From an uncultured Oscillospiraceae bacterium (lineage in GTDB: Bacteria; Bacillota; Clostridia; Oscillospirales; Acutalibacteraceae): a stretch of DNA of 64,000 nucleotides. The notes below the pieces were generated by a model. That model was not told the origin of the DNA, made no database searches, and was given only the letters and a program-made list of their open reading frames with translations. Location: contig CAJUNQ010000109.1 in the NCBI GenBank assembly GCA_910587835.1, positions 440 to 64,439 on the forward strand, read 5' to 3'. The translations under genes were made by a program, and so were the position numbers. This document shows, piece after piece, positions 39,328-50,499 of the stretch (position 1 is its first letter; each line of letters begins with the position of its first letter).

Positions 39328-40062
39328 ATGAACCAATCCTTCTATACCGCCGCCGTGGGGGCCTGGCAGCAGCAGGTGCGCCTGAATGTGCACGGCAACA
39401 ATATCGCCAATGTGAACAATTTTGGCTTTAAGGCTAAGCGGCCGGTTTTTTCTGACCTGATGTATGACTATATCAACGGGGCCCGGCAGGACGAGATGCC
39501 CCGGGGCACCGGCGCCTACATGGTGTCGGCGGACACGGATTTTGCCCCCACCGGCTTTGCGGACACGGGCCTTGCCATGGATTACGCCATTGAGGGCGAG
39601 GGCTTTTTTGCCCTGTGGGACCCGGCCACCGGAGAGTACAGCTACAGCCGGGACGGCTCGTTCACCATGTCGCAGTACATGCTGGACGACGGCACGGGGA
39701 ACATGCAGACCCACTGGTATCTCTCCGACGGGCTGGGGCGGTTCGTCATGAGCCGCAACGGGCAGCTGATCGAGGTGGACCCGGAGGACCTGGACGCGGA
39801 GCAGCCTGTGGGGGTGTTTGACTTTGTGAACACCAACGGTATGCTGAACATCAGCGAGAACCGTTTTCAGCCGGTAGAGAAAAACGGCCAGCTGCGGGTG
39901 GGCAGCGGCAAGGTGGTGCAGCGCAAGCTGGAGCAGTCCAATGTGGACCTGGCCAATGAGCTGAGCAAGGTGATCGAGTCGCAGCGCTCCTTTACCTATT
40001 CGCTGAAGATGATACAGACCTCGGATGAGATAGAGACAACGGTAAACGATCTGCGCAGGTAA
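39328..40062 (+). CDS. rod/hook family protein (FlgG/FlhP-like)
   Basis: NNIANVN..GFK, YSRDGSF, LEQSNVDL. Confidence 0.88.
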   Translation: MNQSFYTAAVGAWQQQVRLNVHGNNIANVNNFGFKAKRPVFSDLMYDYINGARQDEMPRGTGAYMVSADTDFAPTGFADTGLAMDYAIEGEGFFALWDPATGEYSYSRDGSFTMSQYMLDDGTGNMQTHWYLSDGLGRFVMSRNGQLIEVDPEDLDAEQPVGVFDFVNTNGMLNISENRFQPVEKNGQLRVGSGKVVQRKLEQSNVDLANELSKVIESQRSFTYSLKMIQTSDEIETTVNDLRR

Positions 40063-40095
40063 GCCAGCCTGGGCGGATAATTTGGAGGGATCACC

Positions 40096-40722
40096 ATGGT
40101 TATCAAGAATTATGAGGACCTGAACAGCCTGGAGATCGACACCCTGCGGGAGATTGGAAGCATTGGCACCGGCAACGCGGCCACGGCCCTTTCGGGCATG
40201 CTGGGCTGCCCGGTGCACATCACCCTGCCTGAGGTGCGTATCATGGGCTATAATGAGGCCATTGACTGGATTGGCGGGCCCGAGCCTGTGACGGCGGGGG
40301 TGCTGGTGCACATTGGCGGGCAGATGAACGGCATTATGCTCTCGGTGCAGCCGCTGGAATTTATCAACACCATTCTGGGCAAAATGCTTTCCCACTCCAT
40401 TGAGGAATATGGCCAGCTGGATGAGCTGCAGCGGTCTGCGCTGGTGGAGGTGGGCAATATTATGATATCCACCTTTATCAACGCCCTCTCGGGGCTGGCA
40501 GACATGAAGGTGGAGCTGACCGTCCCCAGTCTGACGGTCGACATGCAGGGCGCGATTCTCACAGTGCCCATGGCGGAATACGGCGGTCAGTCCGATTATC
40601 TGATGACCATTGGGGGCAATTTCCATTGCGACGGGAAGGAGCTTCCCTGCCGGCTCATTCTTTCTCCCGACATTCGGTCGCTTAATTTCCTTCTGAGAAA
40701 GCTGGGCGTGGAAGATGGCTAG
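40096..40722 (+). CDS. cheC: CheY-P phosphatase
   Basis: EIGSIG.GNAATALS, EVGNI motifs. Confidence 0.93.
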   Translation: MVIKNYEDLNSLEIDTLREIGSIGTGNAATALSGMLGCPVHITLPEVRIMGYNEAIDWIGGPEPVTAGVLVHIGGQMNGIMLSVQPLEFINTILGKMLSHSIEEYGQLDELQRSALVEVGNIMISTFINALSGLADMKVELTVPSLTVDMQGAILTVPMAEYGGQSDYLMTIGGNFHCDGKELPCRLILSPDIRSLNFLLRKLGVEDG

Positions 40723-41203
40723 TGGTTCCAAGCTGGTGATAGGAATTGCGGACATGAAGATGACCAACGGGAGCGAGGAGCTGATTACCTACGCTCTGGG
40801 CTCCTGCTGCGGCATTTGCCTGTATGACCCCAATATCAGGCTGGCCGCCATGGTGCACATCATGCTGCCGCTGAATATGGAGGCAGGCCGCAAAAACACC
40901 ATGAAATATGCTGACACGGGGATTCGGGAGACCCTGCGGCAGATGGAGGTAAAGGGGGCCCGCAAGCCCCGCATTGTGGCCAAGGTGGCCGGCGGGGCCA
41001 AGATGTTCGCGGTATCGGGCACAGGAAGTCTGGGCAACATCGGGCAGCGGAATATTGAGAGCGTACATAAGGTGCTGCGGGCCGAGGGCATCCGGCTGGC
41101 GGCAGAGGACGTGGGCGGCTCGGTGGCCCGCACCCTCTCCTTTGACCCTTCCACCGGCAGGGCCACCATACGCAGCTACGGCAAGCCGGACATTGTATTG
41201 TGA
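40715..41203 (+). CDS. cheD: chemoreceptor deamidase
   Basis: LGSC, HIMLP, AGGAKMF, DVGG...R. Confidence 0.96.
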   Translation: MASGSKLVIGIADMKMTNGSEELITYALGSCCGICLYDPNIRLAAMVHIMLPLNMEAGRKNTMKYADTGIRETLRQMEVKGARKPRIVAKVAGGAKMFAVSGTGSLGNIGQRNIESVHKVLRAEGIRLAAEDVGGSVARTLSFDPSTGRATIRSYGKPDIVL

Positions 41204-41231
41204 ACGGAAATTTGGAAAGGAGCAAGCAAAG

Positions 41232-42179
41232 ATGGCGATTCTGAAAGACGACGAGATCCTCCTGGAGTCCGGCACAAATGAGATACAGATCCTGCGCTTT
41301 ACCATTGACGACGTGCTCTACGGCATCAACGTGGCAAAGGTCCGGCAGATCACCATCCCTTCGCCGGTGAAATTCATGCCCCACACCCACGAGGCGGTAG
41401 AGGGCATCTTCAAGCCCCGGGACGAGGTGATCACGGTGATTAACCTGCCCCGCTTTCTGGACTGCCCCAACTATGAGCCCAAGGACAAGGACATGTTTAT
41501 TCTCACCGGCTTTAACAAAATGACGGTGGCTTTCCGGGTGCACACGGTGGAGGGCCTGAGCCGCATTTCCTGGAAGGACATCCAGAAGCCGGACACCACC
41601 ATCAACGGCGGCAACGACGGGGTGGCCACCGGTATTGCCCAGTGCGGCGACGAGCTGGTGACCATTCTGGACTTTGAGCGCATTGTGGCGGAGATTGCCC
41701 CGGAGACCTCCATTAAGATCAGCGAGATTGACGAGCTGGGCCACCGGGAGCGCAGCGATAAGCCTGTGCTGATTGCCGAGGACTCTATTCTGCTCTCTCA
41801 TATGATCAAGGAATCCCTCTCCAAGGCCGGATATGTGAACCTGAGGATGTTCCCCAACGGCCACGACCTGTGGGAGTTTTTGGCTGAGTGCAAGAGGGAG
41901 AACAGCCTGGAGGAGAATGTAGCGCTGATTGTGACGGATATTGAGATGCCCCAGATGGACGGCCACCGCCTGACCAAGCTGGTGAAGGACGACCCGGCCC
42001 TGAAGCATATTCCTCTGATCATCTTCTCCTCCCTCATCAGTGAAGAAATGCGGGTGAAGGGCAAGCAGCTGGGCGCTAACGAGCAGCTGAGCAAGCCGGA
42101 GATCGGGCGGCTGGTGAATGTGATGGACGCCCTGCTGGCCAGGAGTGAAGATGCCAGAGCAAAAGCAGTCAAGAAGTAA
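41232..42179 (+). CDS. cheV: CheW-receiver hybrid
   Basis: YGINVAKV CheW domain plus TDIEMPQMDG receiver. Confidence 0.95.
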   Translation: MAILKDDEILLESGTNEIQILRFTIDDVLYGINVAKVRQITIPSPVKFMPHTHEAVEGIFKPRDEVITVINLPRFLDCPNYEPKDKDMFILTGFNKMTVAFRVHTVEGLSRISWKDIQKPDTTINGGNDGVATGIAQCGDELVTILDFERIVAEIAPETSIKISEIDELGHRERSDKPVLIAEDSILLSHMIKESLSKAGYVNLRMFPNGHDLWEFLAECKRENSLEENVALIVTDIEMPQMDGHRLTKLVKDDPALKHIPLIIFSSLISEEMRVKGKQLGANEQLSKPEIGRLVNVMDALLARSEDARAKAVKK

Positions 42180-42190
42180 GGAGAGGCGAC

Positions 42191-43471
42191 ATGAAAGAGC
42201 GCTATATCGTCCGGCAGCCCATAAAGAATGACAAGAGCCAGATCATTGCCTATGAGCTGCTCTACTACGGCGAAAACCAGGCCTATGGCAGCAGCAACGA
42301 TAACGAGTTTGCGGTGGCGGACACGGTTTATAGCTTTTTGATGCAGAATGTGGAGAAGTCGCTGAAGGACGCCCTGCACTTTATGACCTTTACCACCACC
42401 CTGCTGATGAAAAAGACCCCGGCACTTTTCCCTAAGGATAAGCTGATTATTCAGATTGACGACAGCGTGGTGATTCACCCGCTGGCCCTTCGCTTTGTGC
42501 AGCAGTATGCCAGAGAGGGCTATAAAATTGCGGTGAACGAGTTTCAGTTTGCGCCCCGTTATCTGTCTTTGATCGACTTTATCGACTATATCAAGCTGAA
42601 TGTGAAGAGCACAAACGAAGCCTCGATGAAGAATATTGTCAACCTGGCGAGAAGCATGGACAAGAGAGTTATTGCCATCAATGTGGACAGCAAGGAGCTG
42701 TATGACCAGGCGGTGGCCTTGCAGGTGGACGCTTTGGAGGGAGCCTATGTGGCCAAGCAGCTGGCTACCAAGGCCCATTCTTCCGGTTATCTTCAGAGCA
42801 ACTTCTTCCGGCTGATGGTGGCTGTGGTGAAGGAGGAGCCGGACATGGAGGAGATTGAGAACATCATCTCTATGGACGCGACCCTGAGCTATGGCCTGCT
42901 GCGGGTGGCAAACACCGCCTATTTTGCCACCAAAAAGCGGGTCTCCACCATTCGTCAGGCTATTATGACTTTGGGTATTGCCCAGCTGAAGCAGTGGATT
43001 TATCTGCTGAGCAGCACCAACTCCAACAATGAGATTGACGAGTCGGCGGAGGAGTTCCTGAAGCTCTCCTTTATGCGGGCCAGCTTTTGCAGCGAGCTGA
43101 TGGCCTATGCCAAGGATATGCCCATTTCCCGGCAGGAGGCCTATCTGATGGGAATGTTCTCTACCCTGAACTATCTCATCGATGCGCCCTTGGAGGAGAT
43201 TCTCTCCACAGTGCCTATGGCGGAGGAGGTAAAGAACGCGCTTCTTCACCACGAAGGCCGCTGCGGCGAGCTGTTTGCCCTGGTGCTCAGCTATGAGCAG
43301 GCAGACTGGAAGGCCATCAGCGCCCATGCCGAGGCTTTGGGGGTGCCGGCCCATACCCTGACAAATATATATTTTAACTGCACCGAGTCGGTAAACGCGA
43401 CCTGGCAGCAGCTGAAGGACCCGGGCAGCGCCGCAGAGCCTGCCGGAGAGGCTGCCCAGGAGGAGGAATAA
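42191..43471 (+). CDS. EAL-HDOD (YuxH/PdeH-like) protein with degenerate EAL
   Basis: RQPI..YELL N-terminus, HDOD motifs (LLR.AN, AY..GMFS); catalytic EAL residues altered. Confidence 0.85.
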   Translation: MKERYIVRQPIKNDKSQIIAYELLYYGENQAYGSSNDNEFAVADTVYSFLMQNVEKSLKDALHFMTFTTTLLMKKTPALFPKDKLIIQIDDSVVIHPLALRFVQQYAREGYKIAVNEFQFAPRYLSLIDFIDYIKLNVKSTNEASMKNIVNLARSMDKRVIAINVDSKELYDQAVALQVDALEGAYVAKQLATKAHSSGYLQSNFFRLMVAVVKEEPDMEEIENIISMDATLSYGLLRVANTAYFATKKRVSTIRQAIMTLGIAQLKQWIYLLSSTNSNNEIDESAEEFLKLSFMRASFCSELMAYAKDMPISRQEAYLMGMFSTLNYLIDAPLEEILSTVPMAEEVKNALLHHEGRCGELFALVLSYEQADWKAISAHAEALGVPAHTLTNIYFNCTESVNATWQQLKDPGSAAEPAGEAAQEEE

Positions 43472-43491
43472 GCGGGGCTGGCATGGCTGGG

Positions 43492-43516
43492 ATGCCCCCA
43501 TTTGGGGGCATTTTTT
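43492..43516 (+). terminator. intrinsic terminator
   Basis: ATGCCCCCA/TGGGGGCAT stem then T-run. Confidence 0.75.
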
Positions 43517-43647
43517 GCAGGAGGAAGAAAGGAGCGGGGCAGAGGTGCCCTTTCTGACAGGAGGGAAAAACCCGGAGCAGCGCGGCCCGAAGCTTTGTGT
43601 GGGCTGCTGTGCCTTGCCCATTGGAAACCGGAGAGAGGATGAACAAC

Positions 43648-45795
<2,148 letters not shown>

Positions 45796-45820
45796 CCGGT
45801 GAACGGCCTGGAGAGTATAG

Positions 45821-45861
45821 AAAAGGAGTGGGGCGAGGAAACAGCTCGCCCTACTCCTTTT
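45821..45861. terminator. bidirectional terminator between convergent genes
   Basis: AAAAGGAGTGGGGCGAG...CTCGCCCTACTCCTTTT. Confidence 0.8.
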
Positions 45862-45903
45862 GGTATGGAAAAGCTTCAACGCCCGGCGCGGCGGGTTCAG
45901 GAC

Positions 45904-46608
45904 TTAATCCAAGGAGAAAACCTGGCCCGGCCTGCTCACGTCCATCAGCAAGGGCGCGTATTTTTTGTAGTTGGGGTCTGACTTGAACAGGGACACCACG
46001 GAGTGGTCGCCCCACATGTGCATGGGGAATACATGCTTCACATGCTCCGGCCCCACTGTCTCAAAGAAATACCGCATTCCCAGATCAAAATCCGCCTCCT
46101 GCCGGGGGTCCAGGGGCACAAAGGCCGCATCCAGCTCAATGCCGGAAAGGGCGGTGAGTTCCTGGCGGTAGAGCTCGGTCATCTGGTCGTTCTGAAGCCG
46201 GGGCGCGCCGTCCCACACCCAGCAATTCAGGTCTCCGGCGTGGTAGAGGCGTTTGTCCTCACACTCCACCAGAAAGGCCACGCCCTGGTCCGTGGAGCGG
46301 AGCGTGCCCACCTTCAGCCCGTCCACCTCATAGCTGTGCCGGGGGGCCACAAAGAGAGTGTCCTCCCGGAGAGCCTCAGGCACCCGGCTCTCCCAGATGT
46401 CGTTTGACAGGAGGAAGCGCACCTGACGGCCCTGCTGGGCGGTTTTTTCAAACACAGCGGGGGAGAAGTGGTCTCCGTGGCAGTGGCTGGCAAACACATA
46501 CAGGGGCTTTTCGCTTGGGGGAATATCCCCCTCATACCAGTCGAACAGGAGGCAGGTGTGTTCCAGCTCCACATGGTAGCAGCTATGGAGAATATAGGTA
46601 ACCTTCAT
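45904..46608 (-). CDS. metallo-beta-lactamase-fold hydrolase
   Basis: SHCHGDH, YHAGD, PMH; AAGGAG RBS before ATG at 46608. Confidence 0.9.
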   Translation of the reverse strand: MKVTYILHSCYHVELEHTCLLFDWYEGDIPPSEKPLYVFASHCHGDHFSPAVFEKTAQQGRQVRFLLSNDIWESRVPEALREDTLFVAPRHSYEVDGLKVGTLRSTDQGVAFLVECEDKRLYHAGDLNCWVWDGAPRLQNDQMTELYRQELTALSGIELDAAFVPLDPRQEADFDLGMRYFFETVGPEHVKHVFPMHMWGDHSVVSLFKSDPNYKKYAPLLMDVSRPGQVFSLD

Positions 46609-46620
46609 AAAAACATCTCC

Positions 46621-46946
46621 TTTTTTAATCCGCCTTTTTGGTGGTGCAGGGCGCGAGGTTCTACCACGATGCTGATAGGTTGCTCGATTTTTTAATCCGC
46701 CTTTTTGGTGGTGCAGGGCGCGAGGTCCTACCACGATGCTGATAGGTTGCTCGATTTTTTAATCCGCCTTTTTGGTGGTGCAGGGCGCGAGGTCCTACCA
46801 CGATGCTGATAGGTTGCTCGATTTTTTAATCCGCCTTTTTGGCAGTGCAGGGCGCGGGGTCCTACCACGATGCTGATAGGTTGCTCGATTTTTTAATCCG
46901 CCTTTTTGGCAGTGCAGGGCGCGGGGGTCCTACCACGATGCTGATA
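46621..46946. repeat. tandem array, 5 copies of 67-bp unit, same family as 2362-2637
   Basis: Units start at 46621, 46688, 46755, 46822, 46889. Confidence 0.95.
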
Positions 46947-47127
46947 CGCTGCCCGCCTTTGGGGGCAGCGTTGGCGGTGACGTGGAGAGCGTGGGTGCGC
47001 GTCTTGAAAGGCTAGCCGTAAGCGCTCGTAACAAACCGCGGCTATGAACCTGCTCCTGCGCAGACTGTGGCGCTCCGCGAATTGCCTGCGGGGCGTCCGC
47101 TGCGAATAGGGTCCGGCGTCACGCTGA

Positions 47128-47949
47128 TTACCAGCCCAGGGACTTCAGATACTCCCGGCTCATGGTGACAGCCTCCATGGGGGTGCGGCCGATGGACTGG
47201 TCCTGCTCCACCACCACCCACTGGGCGCCGGCGTCGATGGAGGCCTCGAGAATGGCGGGGAAGTTCTGCATGCCGCTGCCTACAGGCCGGAACTCAAAGG
47301 TGCCGTGGCTCTCCTGCTCCTCCACATCAGTGCCAATGAGCTGGTACATGTTGGCAGGCTTGCCCTCCTTGTGGAAGTCCTTCAGGTGCACCACAGGGGA
47401 GCGGCCAGTGTATTTGCGGATGTAGGCGGCAGGGTCCTCGCCGGCCACATTCACCCAGCAGGTGTCGATCTCGGTCTGCAGCAGGTCGGCGGGAATGGTG
47501 TCGTAAATGTAGTCCAGGGCGTAGCGGCCGTCGGACATTTTGGCAAACTCAAAGTCGTGGTTGTGGTACAGGGTCTGAATGCCGTGAGCCTTGCAGACCT
47601 TGGCAATCTCCTCAAACAGCTTTACATTGCCCTCAAACTTCTCTCCACCGGGGCGGTCCTCCTCCATGAGATAGGGGATGGCAATGAACTTGACGCCAAT
47701 CTCCTCATACTGGCTGACAACGCCCTCCATGTCCGCAACCAGCTCCTGAAAGGGCACATGGGCGGAGACCGCCACCAGGCCGGCCTCCGCAATGGCGGCT
47801 TTAATCTGGGCAGGGCTCAGGCCGTAAAGCCCGGCCAGCTCGACCCCGTCATAGCCGATTTCCTTAAGCTTTTTCATGGCGCCGGCAAAGTCGCTGGCAG
47901 CGTCGTCGCGCACAGAATAGACCTGCACGGCTACGGGCAAAGTTTTCAT
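47128..47949 (-). CDS. sugar phosphate isomerase/epimerase (xylose-isomerase-like TIM barrel)
   Basis: QVYSVR, GYDGVE, YHNHDFEF, HLKD, VEQD. Confidence 0.9.
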   Translation of the reverse strand: MKTLPVAVQVYSVRDDAASDFAGAMKKLKEIGYDGVELAGLYGLSPAQIKAAIAEAGLVAVSAHVPFQELVADMEGVVSQYEEIGVKFIAIPYLMEEDRPGGEKFEGNVKLFEEIAKVCKAHGIQTLYHNHDFEFAKMSDGRYALDYIYDTIPADLLQTEIDTCWVNVAGEDPAAYIRKYTGRSPVVHLKDFHKEGKPANMYQLIGTDVEEQESHGTFEFRPVGSGMQNFPAILEASIDAGAQWVVVEQDQSIGRTPMEAVTMSREYLKSLGW

Positions 47950-47996
47950 AGAAATGACCTCCTGAATGTTTGATGTAGACAAAGCTTTCTTCCTCC

Positions 47997-48062
47997 ATTT
48001 TGCCATAAAAAACCCAAAAGGTCAAGATACCAGTTGAAAAATCCCCGGTTCTTTGGTAGAAT
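47997..48062. promoter_or_regulatory. divergent sigma-A promoters
   Basis: Minus: TTGACC-17-CAAAAT (48025-47997); plus: TTGAAA-17-TAGAAT (48034-48062); both with TG extension. Confidence 0.55.
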
Positions 48063-48143
48063 AACAGAGTACAGACGCTTTCCGGCAGAGGAGGCCTTTG
48101 CCGTCCCGGTACTGGAAAGCGCGGAAAGAGGGAGCTGACCATA

Positions 48144-49520
48144 ATGAAACGCAACCTGAGATTTACCCTTGCCCTGCTGGCTGCCAAGCTGTCGGTGTTT
48201 TGCCTGCGGCTGATTGGCCGCAAGGGCACCAACCTGCCCGGCGGCATCGCGATTTTTCTTTGTAAGGACTTTCTGGGCCGTATGCCCCGGCCTGAGACCA
48301 TTGTGGGCATTACCGGCACCAACGGCAAAACCACAGTGGCCAATATGGTGGAGGACGTTCTGGAGCGCCTGGGCTATGACTTTGTGTGCAACCGCACCGG
48401 CTCCAATGTGGACACGGGAGTGGCCTCGGCGTTGATTGCCAGCTCTACCCTGTGGGGCAAGCCGAAAAAGCGGCTGGCGGTGTTTGAGCTGGACGAGCGC
48501 AGCGCAAACCTCACCATGTCCTACATCAAGCCGGACCTGCTGCTGGTGACCAATATTTTCCGGGACTCTTACAAGCGCAACGCCCACCCGGAGTTTATTG
48601 TGGACATTCTCAACCGCTTTGTGCCGGACAGCACCCGCCTGGTGCTGAATGCCGACGATTTGATGTGCGCCTCTCTCAAGCCCGGCAGCGTTCGGAGCTA
48701 TTTCTCTATTGACCCTCAGCCGGAGGAGGAGCCCTCGGGGGAGAATATTGTGCAGGACGTGCGGGCCTGTCCCAAGTGCGGGGCTTTGCTGGAATGGGAG
48801 ACCCGGCGGTATCACCACATTGGCCGGGCCCGCTGCCCCCAGTGCGGGCTCTCCTCTCCCCAGGGAGAGTGCCGGGCCGCTGAGGTGGGCGAGAGGGACA
48901 TGCTGGTGGAAATGGGCGGGGAGGCGGTGCGGCTGCCTCTGTCTAACCGCAGCATGATCAACGTGTACAACAGTCTGGCGGCGGCGGCATTGCTTTACGC
49001 CTTTGGCCTTGCGCCGGAGAAAATCGCCGGCGCTATGGCCCACACCGCCATCAGCGCCAGCCGCTACCTGGAGGAGGAGGTCAACAGCCGCAAGGTCATC
49101 CTCCACCTGGCCAAGGGTCAGAACCCGGTGGCCTGCTCCCGGGCCTTTCAAAACATCCGGGATTACCCGGGAAAAAAAGCGGCCATTCTGTTTTTGGACG
49201 ACTATTTTGACGCCATGCACACTGTGGAGAATATCTCTTGGCTGTATGACGCGGACTTTGAGTTTTTGGCGGACGATTCTGTCACCCAGGTGGTGGCGGC
49301 AGGAGCCCGGCACTGGGATGTGTACCTGCGGCTGCTGATGGCCGGGGCCAAGGAGGAGCGTCTGGCCCACCTGCCGGAGACTGAGGAGGCGGCGGGAGCC
49401 CTGCGGCTAGGAGAGGCGGACGCGGTGTTTATTTTGTACGACGTGTATACCATTGGCTTGGCCAACCGGGTGAAGGAGCAGGTCAAGGAGCTTATGAAAA
49501 AAGAAGGGAGCCGGGGATGA
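48144..49520 (+). CDS. murT: MurT-like Mur ligase (DUF1727)
   Basis: GTNGKTT, ELDE, NIFRD, two CxxC pairs, SWLYDADFE. Confidence 0.88.
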   Translation: MKRNLRFTLALLAAKLSVFCLRLIGRKGTNLPGGIAIFLCKDFLGRMPRPETIVGITGTNGKTTVANMVEDVLERLGYDFVCNRTGSNVDTGVASALIASSTLWGKPKKRLAVFELDERSANLTMSYIKPDLLLVTNIFRDSYKRNAHPEFIVDILNRFVPDSTRLVLNADDLMCASLKPGSVRSYFSIDPQPEEEPSGENIVQDVRACPKCGALLEWETRRYHHIGRARCPQCGLSSPQGECRAAEVGERDMLVEMGGEAVRLPLSNRSMINVYNSLAAAALLYAFGLAPEKIAGAMAHTAISASRYLEEEVNSRKVILHLAKGQNPVACSRAFQNIRDYPGKKAAILFLDDYFDAMHTVENISWLYDADFEFLADDSVTQVVAAGARHWDVYLRLLMAGAKEERLAHLPETEEAAGALRLGEADAVFILYDVYTIGLANRVKEQVKELMKKEGSRG

Positions 49521-50224
49521 GCATGACCATTGAGGCGTTGTTTCCTGAGAAGTGCAATCTGTTCGGGGACCTGTTCAATGTGAAGTATCTGCAAAAATGC
49601 CTGCCGGATGCCCGGCGGGTGGACACCCCCCTGACAGGGGAGCCTGTGTTTGCAGGCCAGAGGGTGGACCTGGTCTACCTGGGCCCTATGAGCGAGCGCA
49701 CCCAGGAGCAGGTGATTGCCAAGCTGCGCCCCTACCGGGAGCGGCTGGACCAGCTGATTGAGGAGGGCGCGGCATTTTTGCTGACCGGCAACGCGGTGGA
49801 GGTGTTCGGCCGCTGGATTGAGCGGGAGAATGGAGAGCGGCTGCAGGGCCTGGGGCTGCTGCCCCTTACTGCCAAGCAGGACATGATGCACCGGCACAAC
49901 AGCGTGTTTTTAGGCCAGTGGCAGGGGCAGGAGGTCATTGGGTTCAAAAGCCAGTTCACTATGGCTTGGCCGGAGGAGGGAGCCCAGGGGCTGTTCTCTG
50001 TTACAAAAGGCGTGGGGCTGAACAAGACCTGCGGCTTTGAGGGGTTGCGGCAGGGGAATCTGTTTGCTACCTACCTGCTGGGCCCGGTGCTGCCCCTGAA
50101 CCCCTGCTTTGCCAAAAGCCTGCTGGGCGCTATGGGAGCGCCTGAGGCAGAGCTGGCCTTTGCTCCGGCGGCAGAGGCGGCTTATGCCCAGCGGGTGAAG
50201 GATTTTCACGAGAAGATTGGATGA
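49517..50224 (+). CDS. gatD: GatD-like glutamine amidotransferase subunit, catalytic residues lost
   Basis: NLFGD..N, GLGLL, GF, TYLLGP.LP.NP; ATGA overlap with murT. Confidence 0.82.
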   Translation: MSMTIEALFPEKCNLFGDLFNVKYLQKCLPDARRVDTPLTGEPVFAGQRVDLVYLGPMSERTQEQVIAKLRPYRERLDQLIEEGAAFLLTGNAVEVFGRWIERENGERLQGLGLLPLTAKQDMMHRHNSVFLGQWQGQEVIGFKSQFTMAWPEEGAQGLFSVTKGVGLNKTCGFEGLRQGNLFATYLLGPVLPLNPCFAKSLLGAMGAPEAELAFAPAAEAAYAQRVKDFHEKIG

Positions 50225-50234
50225 GAGGCACGAA

Positions 50235-50280
50235 AAAACAGGAAAAGGACCGGCATTATACCGCGTCCTTTTCCTGTTTT
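50235..50280. terminator. intrinsic terminator
   Basis: AAAACAGGAAAAGGAC...GTCCTTTTCCTGTTTT perfect 16-bp stem. Confidence 0.85.
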
Positions 50281-50499
50281 GGGGAGGAGTTGTAATGAAA
50301 TTGCGGCTTAGCCGCAGACTTGTAATCGTTTGATTTGGATGTACTCTTGTATATTCTTATTTTACACCATAATTAGGCAAAAAGTCAATCACATTAACGA
50401 AATTTGTCGAAATGTACATTATTCTTACAAATTTTCGAGTACAATTACACAATATATTGGATTGTCACCCTGTAAATGGGACATGGAAAGGAAGCTGTT

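Noticed and set aside
46609..46734. N-terminal extension of the MBL ORF
   Set aside because: Derived from repeat units; the start at 46608 has an RBS
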